Source: Patescibacteria group bacterium
Lineage (GTDB): Bacteria > Patescibacteriota > Minisyncoccia > Phycocordibacterales > Zambryskibacteraceae
DNA length: 35,405 bases
Assembly: GCA_038061835.1 (NCBI GenBank)
Contig: JBBTYJ010000017.1
Coordinates: 12,442-47,846, forward strand
Direction of reading: 5' to 3'
Under the pieces are notes generated by a model. It was not told where the DNA came from, did no database searches, and saw only the letters and a program-made list of their open reading frames with translations. Below, one piece after another: positions 27,918 to 35,405 of this stretch. A program made the position numbers and the translations under genes. Position 1 is the stretch's first letter; the number at the start of each line of letters is the position of its first letter.

Positions 27918-28207
27918 TCAATCTTAATCTCACGGCGCGCAACGTCTTGCTTCGTCCTCGTATTACCGAGAAGGCTGCTCTTGGGGCAGATAAGCTAAAT
28001 GTTTACGTTTTTGAAGTGATGCTAAACGCCACTAAAAAATCTATAAGTGCCTCCGTGCGTGATGTTTACGGAGTGAAACCGGAAAAAATAAGGGTTGTAA
28101 CCATGCCTGCCAAAACCGTCTTTGTGCGAGGAAAGAAAGGAGTCAAAAGCGGAGGCAAAAAAGCGTATGTATATTTGAAGAAGGGGGACAAGATAGAAAT
28201 TGTATAA
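27914..28207 (+). CDS. rplW: 50S ribosomal protein L23
   Basis: RPRITEKA, YVFEV, KKAYVYL. Confidence 0.93.
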   Translation: MINLNLTARNVLLRPRITEKAALGADKLNVYVFEVMLNATKKSISASVRDVYGVKPEKIRVVTMPAKTVFVRGKKGVKSGGKKAYVYLKKGDKIEIV

Positions 28208-28215
28208 CTTAACAA

Positions 28216-29058
28216 ATGATGAAAAACTATAAACCCACAACCGATTCACGACGCCAAATGCTCGGAATAGATTTCCGGAAAGTTCTAACTTCGAGTAAAC
28301 CGGAAAAATCTCTGACGAGCGGTTTCAAGCGCGGTCATGGTCGCAACAATCGCGGTCGTATTACCACTCGGCACAAGGGGGGCGGTCATAAACGCCTGTT
28401 TCGAGAAGTGGATTTTTCATACGACAAATATAATATTCCTTTTGCCGTGAAAACAGTTGAATATGATCCTAACCGATCCGGTTTTATCGGACTTGTAGTC
28501 TATCGCGATGGGGAAAAAAGGTATGTACTTCTGCATAACAGCGCGCGGGTAGGAGATACTTACATCGTGTCTGAAAAGGCACCTGTCACGCCCGGAAATC
28601 GACTTCCTTTGAGCCACGTTACAATTGGCACTTTTGTCTATAATGTTGAACTTAAACATAAGGGTGGCGCTAAGATGGCTCGTTCCGGTGGCAATTATGC
28701 CGAAGTTTTGGCCAAGGATGGCGATTATGTGAATCTTAAAATACCTTCGAGCGAGGTACGCAAGGTTCCGGCTAATGCCTGGGCCACCGTCGGTGAAGTT
28801 TCAAATAATGAAAATCGTTTAGTCAATTTGGGAAAGGCCGGTCGTTCTCGTTGGCTTGGTATTCGCCCGACTGTTCGCGGTACTGCTATGAATCCAGTTG
28901 ATCATCCACACGGTGGAGGTGAAGGCAGGCAAGGTCGTGGACGCAGACGCGCTATTTCTTATTACGGCAAACCGACAGGTAAGGGTCAGAAATCCCGTCG
29001 CGCCAGAAAATATTCAAACAAATTTATTGTCAGCCGCCGCAAAGTCGGGAAGAGGTAA
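28216..29058 (+). CDS. rplB: 50S ribosomal protein L2
   Basis: GRNNRGRIT, EYDPNRS, RGTAMNPVDHPHGGGEG. Confidence 0.97.
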   Translation: MMKNYKPTTDSRRQMLGIDFRKVLTSSKPEKSLTSGFKRGHGRNNRGRITTRHKGGGHKRLFREVDFSYDKYNIPFAVKTVEYDPNRSGFIGLVVYRDGEKRYVLLHNSARVGDTYIVSEKAPVTPGNRLPLSHVTIGTFVYNVELKHKGGAKMARSGGNYAEVLAKDGDYVNLKIPSSEVRKVPANAWATVGEVSNNENRLVNLGKAGRSRWLGIRPTVRGTAMNPVDHPHGGGEGRQGRGRRRAISYYGKPTGKGQKSRRARKYSNKFIVSRRKVGKR

Positions 29059-29162
29059 TACCTCGTTTAAGTAAGAGCCATTCTTGCTTAGTTGTATTTA
29101 GTTGGAGATTTTTGATATATTTAACGTAGACTAAAGGATAGTGGACAGAATGGAGGTGACTT

Positions 29163-29490
29163 ATGTTATGTATGTAAAAAGTTTGAAAAAGTAATCGTAA
29201 CGGATCTAGGCGGTGCACTTAAACTGTTGGCTTGGCATAGCGACAAGGTGGATGGCATTTTACACACGGATGGCGGGGGAGCACCATTTATCGCTGAACG
29301 GATTAATCATGAACGTGACTCGGGTGGTGATTACACTCGCACCGGACGATTGTTTCGAGTGTCCCCACAGATCGTAGCTGAACTGAAGAAAAGAAAAATG
29401 GTTGAACCCATGATGCTGATGGGGCCAGTACGCAACAGGCTAGAGATTTCTGAGACTGGTCGCGCATGGCTTATGCGTCGAGTTAAGTAG
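29163..29490 (+). pseudogene. Small hypothetical gene, apparently frameshifted by a 4-bp duplication (cargo between rplB duplicates)
   Basis: SD GGAGGTG precedes ATG 29163; removing one ATGT copy (29172-29175) joins it to the 29227..29490 ORF. Confidence 0.5.
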
Positions 29491-29514
29491 CGATTAACCC
29501 TTAAACATAAAATA

Positions 29515-29558
29515 AAGGGGCGGAAGTTGAAATAGTTCAACCTGCCCCTTCGTTTTTT
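29515..29558 (+). terminator. Intrinsic terminator
   Basis: AAGGGGCGG..GTTGAA/TTCAAC..CTGCCCCTT then a T-run. Confidence 0.65.
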
Positions 29559-29626
29559 ATTCAAGAATTTTAATATAAAACTTGTTAATCTCGAAAACTC
29601 GTCAACCTCGCAGGTCGACAAAAAAG

Positions 29627-29675
29627 ATATTCAAACAAATTTATTGTTAGTCGCCGCAAGGTCGGGAAGAGATAA
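29627..29675 (+). repeat. Orphan duplicate of the rplB 3' end (copy of 29010-29058)
   Basis: 45/49 identical; all four differences are synonymous (YSNKFIVSRRKVGKR*). Confidence 0.93.
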
Positions 29676-29703
29676 TTGACTTTCTTTTTTGTTTCTGTAC
29701 ACT
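29676..29703 (+). promoter_or_regulatory. Putative sigma70 promoter for rplJ
   Basis: TTGACT-16 nt-TACACT. Confidence 0.5.
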
Positions 29704-29712
29704 GGTGTTTCA

Positions 29713-29786
29713 TAAGGTCAAAGACAAGAGGTTAACCCCGCCACGGCGGGGCAAGTAAATCCTCTCGAGACTAAGACTTGGCCTTA
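29713..29786 (+). ncRNA. Candidate L10 leader (rplJ autoregulatory RNA)
   Basis: TAAGGTCAA/TTGGCCTTA outer stem and AAGAC-AAGAGG...CCTCT-CGAG resembling the L10-leader pattern; directly 5' of rplJ. Confidence 0.55.
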
Positions 29787-29795
29787 TCCAGTTAA

Positions 29796-30284
29796 ATGGC
29801 CGTCTCAAAAGTTAAAAAAGGAGAAATTGTCGAAAAACTCAAGAAAGCGTTAAAAAATGCCAAGTCTTTGGTGTTCGTCAATTTCCATGGTTTAAATGTT
29901 TCTAATGCGACTCAGATGCGCCAGGCTCTAAAGAGCGAAGGCGTTTCGTACACAGTCGCTAAGAAAACTTTAACTAATCTGGCGCTCAAGGGAGAGAAAT
30001 TTGAGGGCGCACAACCGTCACTTGAAGGCGAATTAGCTCTTGCTTGGGGAGATGATCTGGTGGCTCCGGCTCGTGGAATCTACACTTTCCATAAAAAATG
30101 GCCGGAGAGTCTAAAGATCACGGGCGGTATATTCGAGGGTCGCTTTATGACCGCTTTTGAAATGGAAGAAATTGCCCAAATTCCTGCTCTCGAAGTTCTG
30201 CGTGGCAAGTTTGTAAACATTATCAATTCACCGATTCAGCGTTGGGTTGTTGCGTTGGGTCAGATAGCGGAGAAGAGGGCCTAA
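29796..30284 (+). CDS. rplJ: 50S ribosomal protein L10
   Basis: FVNFHGLNV, VAKKTL, ITGGIFEG, IAQIP; precedes rplL. Confidence 0.93.
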   Translation: MAVSKVKKGEIVEKLKKALKNAKSLVFVNFHGLNVSNATQMRQALKSEGVSYTVAKKTLTNLALKGEKFEGAQPSLEGELALAWGDDLVAPARGIYTFHKKWPESLKITGGIFEGRFMTAFEMEEIAQIPALEVLRGKFVNIINSPIQRWVVALGQIAEKRA

Positions 30285-30302
30285 TAATTAATATTAACTA
30301 AT

Positions 30303-30710
30303 ATGGAAGAAAACACAAAAAATACGGAAGAAGTAGTAATTCCTGCCAAATTCCAGAAGATCGTTTCTGAGATTGAAAATATGTCCGTTCTGGAACTTAA
30401 CGAATTAGTAAAAGTTTTTGAGAAGAAATTTGGAGTTTCAGCCACGATGGTTGCGGTAGCTGCCTCTACTCAAGGCGCGGGCGAAGCTGTCGAAGAGAAA
30501 TCAACGGCGTCTGTTGAACTTACCGATAGCGGAGCAAATAAAATTGCCATTATCAAGGTAGTTAAGGAAGTTCTCGGTCTCGGTCTCAAGGAAGCTAAAG
30601 ATTTAGTGGATGCCGCTCCTTCGATGATTAAGGCTGATATGAAAAAGGAGGATGCACAGGCATTGAAGAAACAAATAGAAAATGCTGGCGGCAAGGTAGC
30701 ACTCAAGTAA
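30303..30710 (+). CDS. rplL: 50S ribosomal protein L7/L12
   Basis: MSVLELNELVKVFEKKFGVSA, GLGLKEAKDLVD. Confidence 0.96.
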   Translation: MEENTKNTEEVVIPAKFQKIVSEIENMSVLELNELVKVFEKKFGVSATMVAVAASTQGAGEAVEEKSTASVELTDSGANKIAIIKVVKEVLGLGLKEAKDLVDAAPSMIKADMKKEDAQALKKQIENAGGKVALK

Positions 30711-30753
30711 GTAGAAAAATTCAATGTAGCGGGGTAGAATACGCCCATGCAAT

Positions 30754-30829
30754 CCCGTTAGAAGCCTACAAATTTTACGGGAATGGTATAAATTAATTAT
30801 GACAAGTCTATTAGTTAGCTTCTAACGGG
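30754..30829. mobile_element. 76-bp MITE-like element
   Basis: Perfect terminal inverted repeats CCCGTTAGAAGC/GCTTCTAACGGG, flanked by direct repeat ATGCAAT (30747-30753, 30830-30836). Confidence 0.75.
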
Positions 30830-31387
30830 ATGCAATCTATTTCTCACATTTTCGGCGGTGAGGCCAAGGTTAAAATTATGCGCCTATTTATTTTTAATTC
30901 CGGTATAATCTTTACTCCGGCCGAAATTTCCAGTCGTACCAAAGAAAAGCACAATATTGTTCGTCGAGAACTCGGTATTCTTACTAAAGCAGGTCTCATT
31001 AAACGACGAACTAAGAATTTTATGCTCGATACCACTTACCCATATCTGTCGGCAATTGAAAATTTTCTCATAGACGCTACTCCTATTACCAGTAAGGAAA
31101 TAATTAAGAAAATATCCCGCGCTGGCAATATTAAACTCATTTTAATTTCGGGTGTTTTTCTACATGATCGAGATTCGCGAGTCGATATCTTGGTAGTGGG
31201 GGAGCATCTAAAGCAGGCCAAGTTACTGTCGATTATTTCATCTATTGAGGCCTTACTTGGCAAGGAACTGCGTTATGCCGCCTTTGATACTGTTGATTTT
31301 CGGTATCGTTTGAGTATTTACGACAAACTTATTAAGGATATCTTTGATTACCAACACGAAAAGATTTTTAATAAATTGGGTATATAG
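30830..31387 (+). CDS. wHTH + degenerate nucleotidyltransferase-fold protein
   Basis: N-terminal FGGEAKVKIMRLF...RRELGILTKAGLI (HTH-like); SGVF...RVDILVVG (pol-beta-like). Confidence 0.6.
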   Translation: MQSISHIFGGEAKVKIMRLFIFNSGIIFTPAEISSRTKEKHNIVRRELGILTKAGLIKRRTKNFMLDTTYPYLSAIENFLIDATPITSKEIIKKISRAGNIKLILISGVFLHDRDSRVDILVVGEHLKQAKLLSIISSIEALLGKELRYAAFDTVDFRYRLSIYDKLIKDIFDYQHEKIFNKLGI

Positions 31388-31549
31388 ATATCCACAACCT
31401 ATTTAAATTGCCCTACTTCCTTTTGTTTTTTTAGTGTATAATAAGCGACATACCCCTTTAAGAGTGGTAAAAATTAGAAGCTAAGTACATTTGCACAGTC
31501 CTGCCTCCGCCAGTTGGCGGATGGCGGATCAAGCCTTAGGAATAAATAT

Positions 31550-32245
31550 ATGTTATTAAACACATGGGGAGAAGTTTTAACCCTTTCTTTCCGGAATCTC
31601 TGGATAGGAGTGGTCGAATTTGTTCCGAACCTTGTCATTGCTATTATCATCCTCATTCTTGGATGGTTAGTTGGAGCGCTTTTTGATCGAGCGATTTGGC
31701 AGGTGTTCAAGTCTCTGAAGATTGATGATGCTCTTCGTCGAGCAGGATTCGACACGTTTTTGCGTCGTGGCGGTATTGATCTTGACTCGGGAGCGTTCAT
31801 TGGAGGTCTAGTAAAGTGGTTTGTGATAGTCATGTTTTTGATTGCATCTCTGGATGTTCTGGGTCTTTCACAAGTCAACTTTTTCCTTCAGGAAGTAGTA
31901 CTGGGTTATTTGCCTCAGGTACTTGTCGCCGCCCTAGTTCTTTTGGTAGCGGGTGTTATTGGTGATGTTACCGGACGTGTGGTTATAACAGCAGCTAGAA
32001 CAGCAGGCATCGGTTCGGCGCATTTTGTCGGCGCTGTTGCCAAATGGGCCGTGTGGGTTTTTGCCATTCTTGTGGCTCTTTCCCAGCTTGGTATTGCTGT
32101 CGCATTCAGTCAAACTCTCTTTACCGGCATTGTTATTGCCATCTCTCTTGCTCTCGGTCTCTCATTTGGTCTCGGCGGACAGGAAGCAGCCTCTCGCTTT
32201 ATAGAAAAGATTCGCGGAGAAATAAGCGGAAAAAGTCACAACTGA
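31550..32245 (+). CDS. TM-helix-repeat membrane protein (MscS-associated/CmpX-like)
   Basis: Two repeats F/Y-V/L-P-N/Q-L/V...; ALGLSFGLGG motif; start ATG 31550. Confidence 0.78.
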   Translation: MLLNTWGEVLTLSFRNLWIGVVEFVPNLVIAIIILILGWLVGALFDRAIWQVFKSLKIDDALRRAGFDTFLRRGGIDLDSGAFIGGLVKWFVIVMFLIASLDVLGLSQVNFFLQEVVLGYLPQVLVAALVLLVAGVIGDVTGRVVITAARTAGIGSAHFVGAVAKWAVWVFAILVALSQLGIAVAFSQTLFTGIVIAISLALGLSFGLGGQEAASRFIEKIRGEISGKSHN

Positions 32246-32316
32246 TTACGGATATTATTGGCTAGATAATATCTCTTTCAACCTGTATTGTGGCTGGTTG
32301 CGGTTAGGTGATTTTT

Positions 32317-32346
32317 CACAAAGCCCCCTCATGAGGGGGCTTTGTG
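32317..32346. terminator. Perfect 30-bp palindrome, likely bidirectional terminator
   Basis: CACAAAGCCCCCTCA|TGAGGGGGCTTTGTG. Confidence 0.65.
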
Positions 32347-32375
32347 TTGACTTTAAGTCTTGATTTATATAACAT
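32347..32375 (+). promoter_or_regulatory. Putative promoter for rpsS
   Basis: TTGACT-17 nt-TAACAT. Confidence 0.5.
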
Positions 32376-32414
32376 GACTCGCATGTCCCGCCACGGCGGG
32401 ATTATTTAACTAAC

Positions 32415-32756
32415 ATGACCAGATCGTCTAAAAAAGGTCCATATGTCGACCCTCGAGTATTGAAAAAAATAGAGGGCAAGAATCCCACAACGACAGGTGT
32501 CATTAAGACATGGTCACGGGCCTGTCAAATTGCGCCGGAAATGGTCGGTTTTACCTTCGGAGTGCATAATGGCAAGGATCATGTAGAGGTATTTGTCACC
32601 GAAGATATGGTCGGTCACCGTCTGGGTGAGTTTGCTCTGACGCGTAAATTTGTCAGACACGGCGGTAAAATGCAAAAAGAGCTCGAACAGAAACAAAAAG
32701 AAACTGAAATTGCTGCTGTCAAGGCGGTGAAAAGCGCGGCAGATTCAAAGAAATAG
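32415..32756 (+). CDS. rpsS: 30S ribosomal protein S19
   Basis: [29 protein letters not shown]. Confidence 0.96.
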   Translation: MTRSSKKGPYVDPRVLKKIEGKNPTTTGVIKTWSRACQIAPEMVGFTFGVHNGKDHVEVFVTEDMVGHRLGEFALTRKFVRHGGKMQKELEQKQKETEIAAVKAVKSAADSKK

Positions 32757-32767
32757 AATCAAAGATT

Positions 32768-33112
32768 ATGAGCGAAGTAAAAGCTAAATTATCAAACTAT
32801 CGACAATCTCCACGCAAGGTACGCTTGGTGGCTGATACTGTGCGCGGCAGGTCAGTAGGAGAAGCTATCACAATGTTATCGTTTATTCCAAAACGCTCCG
32901 CTCTACCTCTTCAAAAACTTTTAAGTTCGGCATTAGCAAGTGCGAAGAATTTGTCTCTGCCTACTGAAAATCTGATTATTAAGGAAATTAGGGTTGATGC
33001 GGGCGCCACTCTTTATCGTCGTAGACCCCGCTCGAAGGGCATGGCTAACCCGATTCGCAAGAGAACGTCTCATATTAGTGTTATCTTGACTAACTCTGGC
33101 GCCAAAAGTTAA
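32768..33112 (+). CDS. rplV: 50S ribosomal protein L22
   Basis: RQSPRKVRLVAD, IRKRTSHI. Confidence 0.96.
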   Translation: MSEVKAKLSNYRQSPRKVRLVADTVRGRSVGEAITMLSFIPKRSALPLQKLLSSALASAKNLSLPTENLIIKEIRVDAGATLYRRRPRSKGMANPIRKRTSHISVILTNSGAKS

Positions 33113-33116
33113 TTTT

Positions 33117-33773
33117 ATGACTCATACCGTACATCCATATTCGCATCGTCTAGGTATCCTCCGAGATTGGAAATCACGCTGGTTTGCTACTAGAGCCGGC
33201 TATAAACTTGCCTTGCGAGGAGATGTTTTGATTCGTGAGTATTTGGAAAAAAAGTTAAAAGGATTTTTTGTCGCAGACATAGAGATAGAAAGAAGTGAGA
33301 AAGCGTTGCGTGTGATCATCAGCTCTTCTCGTCCGGGTATGATCATTGGTCGACAGGGCGATGGAGCAGAGATACTTAGAAAAGAAATCAGATCGTTGTT
33401 GTTGAAACATAAATTACTCGGAGAAAAAGTAAATGTCAAACTTGATATCAAAGAAATCAAATCAGCAGAAACCAATGCGGCTGTCGTATCGCAAATGATA
33501 GTCGAAGGGCTTGAGAAACGTTTACCTTTTAGAAGAGTAATGAAACAGATGCTTGAGAAGGTGATGGCCAATCGCGATGTGCTTGGAGTACGCATCTTTT
33601 TAGCCGGTCGTCTTGGTGGGGCCACTATGAGTCGCACGGAGGATCGAAAACTTGGCCGTATTCCTCTCCAAACTCTGCGCGCCGACGTTGATTATGCTGT
33701 TACTAAAGCAGTGATGCCATACGGCACCATTGGTGTTAAGGTTTGGATCTATAAGGGTGATATCTTCAAATAA
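33117..33773 (+). CDS. rpsC: 30S ribosomal protein S3
   Basis: HPYSHRLG, RPGMIIG, GRLGGA, PLQTLRADVDY, YGTIGVKVWI. Confidence 0.96.
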   Translation: MTHTVHPYSHRLGILRDWKSRWFATRAGYKLALRGDVLIREYLEKKLKGFFVADIEIERSEKALRVIISSSRPGMIIGRQGDGAEILRKEIRSLLLKHKLLGEKVNVKLDIKEIKSAETNAAVVSQMIVEGLEKRLPFRRVMKQMLEKVMANRDVLGVRIFLAGRLGGATMSRTEDRKLGRIPLQTLRADVDYAVTKAVMPYGTIGVKVWIYKGDIFK

Positions 33774-33774
33774 T

Positions 33775-34194
33775 ATGTTATTTCCTAAGAAAGTTAAATA
33801 TCGCAAATGGCATACCATGCGGAGAAATCCTCTAAGAGTGGGTGTGGCTACGCGCGGAGTTACTCTGGCTTTCGGCGCTTACGGACTCAAAGCGCTTGGC
33901 GCCGCTCGTATCCGTTCCAACCAGATCGAATCGGCTAGAAAAGTTTTATCTCGTTCGATTGGTAAAACTGGTCGTCTTTGGATTCGTATTTTCCCGGATA
34001 TGCCATATACTACTAAGCCGGCCGAAGTGAAGCTTGGTAAAGGTAAGGGAGATCTTGCGGGTTATGTGGCGCCTGTTTTGGCCGGTCGGATTATCTTTGA
34101 AATAGATGGAATTAATGAAACGGAGGCTCGAGAGGCGCTTCGCAAAGCGGGCACCAAACTGCCAGTGAAAACCAGAGTGGTGGCGAGAGAATAA
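33775..34194 (+). CDS. rplP: 50S ribosomal protein L16
   Basis: MLFPKKVKYRK, WIRIFPD, GKGKG, KLP; start ATG 33775. Confidence 0.96.
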   Translation: MLFPKKVKYRKWHTMRRNPLRVGVATRGVTLAFGAYGLKALGAARIRSNQIESARKVLSRSIGKTGRLWIRIFPDMPYTTKPAEVKLGKGKGDLAGYVAPVLAGRIIFEIDGINETEAREALRKAGTKLPVKTRVVARE

Positions 34195-34206
34195 ATTGCA
34201 AATAGT

Positions 34207-34422
34207 ATGAAGAAGACAAACTATACAGATAAGCCGAGACAGGATTTGTTGAAGACTCTTATGGAAAAGAGAGAAATCTTGCGCAAATTAAGATTTGAAT
34301 CTGCTGGATCCAAAACTCGCAATGTGAAGAGTCGGGTAAACACTAGGAAAGATATTGCTCGCATTATGACAGAATTGAATAAGAATGATTCGAGAAAACT
34401 CACTACAAGCAAAAAATCATGA
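34207..34422 (+). CDS. rpmC: 50S ribosomal protein L29
   Basis: LRF...RKDIARIMT; operon position. Confidence 0.88.
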   Translation: MKKTNYTDKPRQDLLKTLMEKREILRKLRFESAGSKTRNVKSRVNTRKDIARIMTELNKNDSRKLTTSKKS

Positions 34423-34670
34423 GTCAAGAATCAAAAATAACAAAACCAAAAGTTCTCTCTGGCGTTGTCGTGTCGGATAAGATGAAAGACACGGTGGTTG
34501 TGATGGTGGAACGTTATAAGAAACACCCACGATATTTCAAGTTTATAAAGCGACGTAAAAAATTTAAGGCGCATGACGCAGGCAACACTGCTAAGATCGG
34601 TGATCAGGTGCGAATCATAGAAACTCGGCCCATATCAAAAGATAAAAACTTTAAGCTTTTACTTTCTTAA
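34419..34670 (+). CDS. rpsQ: 30S ribosomal protein S17
   Basis: [25 protein letters not shown]. Confidence 0.96.
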   Translation: MSQESKITKPKVLSGVVVSDKMKDTVVVMVERYKKHPRYFKFIKRRKKFKAHDAGNTAKIGDQVRIIETRPISKDKNFKLLLS

Positions 34671-34674
34671 AATT

Positions 34675-35046
34675 ATGATTCAACCGCAAACTATCGTTCA
34701 GATTGCAGATAACTCCGGAGCAAAGATCGGGCGTGTTTTCAAGGTGCTCGGTGGTTCTAAAAAGCGTGTAGCATGCATCGGTGAGATTGTGGTGCTTTCG
34801 GTTCAGAAAGCAGAGCCCAGAAAACAGGTTAAAAAGAAAGATATTCTTTATGGAATAATCGTTCGACAAAGAGCTCCATTTCGACGTAAAGACGGTACAT
34901 ATGTACGGTTTGATGAAAATGCGGTAGTGATTCTCGACACAACTCACAAAGAACCATTGGCTGGGCGCGTCTTCGGTCCTATCCCCAGAGAAATTGGCGA
35001 GCTGGGATTTCAGAAGATAATCTCTCTTGCTCCAGAGGTAGTATAA
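34675..35046 (+). CDS. rplN: 50S ribosomal protein L14
   Basis: MIQ...ADNSGA, RFDENA, FGPIPRE, ISLAPEV. Confidence 0.96.
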   Translation: MIQPQTIVQIADNSGAKIGRVFKVLGGSKKRVACIGEIVVLSVQKAEPRKQVKKKDILYGIIVRQRAPFRRKDGTYVRFDENAVVILDTTHKEPLAGRVFGPIPREIGELGFQKIISLAPEVV

Positions 35047-35051
35047 AAATT

Positions 35052-35270
35052 ATGCACGTAAAAAAAGGAGACAATGTCATAGTGTTGGCAGGCAAAGACA
35101 AGGGTAAGACGGGGAAAATCCTCAAGGCCTTTCCTCGTGAGAACCAAGTCCTGATAGAAGGAGTTAATGTCAAAAAGGTTCATGAGCGGGCGAGGAAGAG
35201 CGGCGCCAAGGGAACTATTATAGAAAAAAACTTTCCCATTCATGTGTCTAATGTGAAGATACAAAAATGA
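35052..35270 (+). CDS. rplX: 50S ribosomal protein L24 (short)
   Basis: KKGDNVIVLAGKDKGK, EGVN, PIHVSNV. Confidence 0.94.
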   Translation: MHVKKGDNVIVLAGKDKGKTGKILKAFPRENQVLIEGVNVKKVHERARKSGAKGTIIEKNFPIHVSNVKIQK

Positions 35271-35405
35271 TCAAGGAAAAATCAAAAGTCGTGCCAGGGT
35301 ACAAGAATCCTATGCAGACGCCTAGAATATTGAAGGCGGTTGTTTCTTCCGGTGTCGGTTCATTTAAGGATAAGACAAAATTCAAAGTAGTTGAAGATCG
35401 TCTCA
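35267..35405 (+). CDS. rplE: 50S ribosomal protein L5, 3'-truncated by the window edge
   Basis: Manual translation MIKEKSKVVPGYKNPMQTPRILKAVVSSGVG; follows rplX. Confidence 0.85.
   Translation, partial: MIKEKSKVVPGYKNPMQTPRILKAVVSSGVGSFKDKTKFKVVEDRL

Overview
Chromosomal fragment whose gene content and style point to a CPR/Patescibacteria (Parcubacteria-like) bacterium; this placement is inferred, not proven. It holds a type IV pilus/T2SS cluster, tpiA-pgk, a HIT gene, recJ, rnhA, a split comEC, a SOD, murB, rpmB, a site-2 protease, the str cluster (rpsL-rpsG-fusA...tuf) and an S10/spc cluster interrupted by rplJ-rplL. Three features stand out. (1) Two paralogous 188-aa wHTH + PaaX/Cas2-like genes are each bracketed by a pair of 36-bp palindromic sites (TACGTTA-N5-12-bp core-N5-TAACGTA) with a paralogue-specific core. 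Each is followed by a convergent small ORF. (2) Four small cargo cassettes lacking any integrase sit at the 3' ends of conserved genes (recJ, rpmB, fusA, rplB). Each is bounded by a diverged, mostly synonymous duplicate of the host gene's last 34-102 bp. (3) Several tiny palindromic elements occur, some in-frame in core proteins (RNase H, EF-G, uL3), plus a 76-bp MITE-like element with a target-site duplication. All counts and alignments were done by eye.
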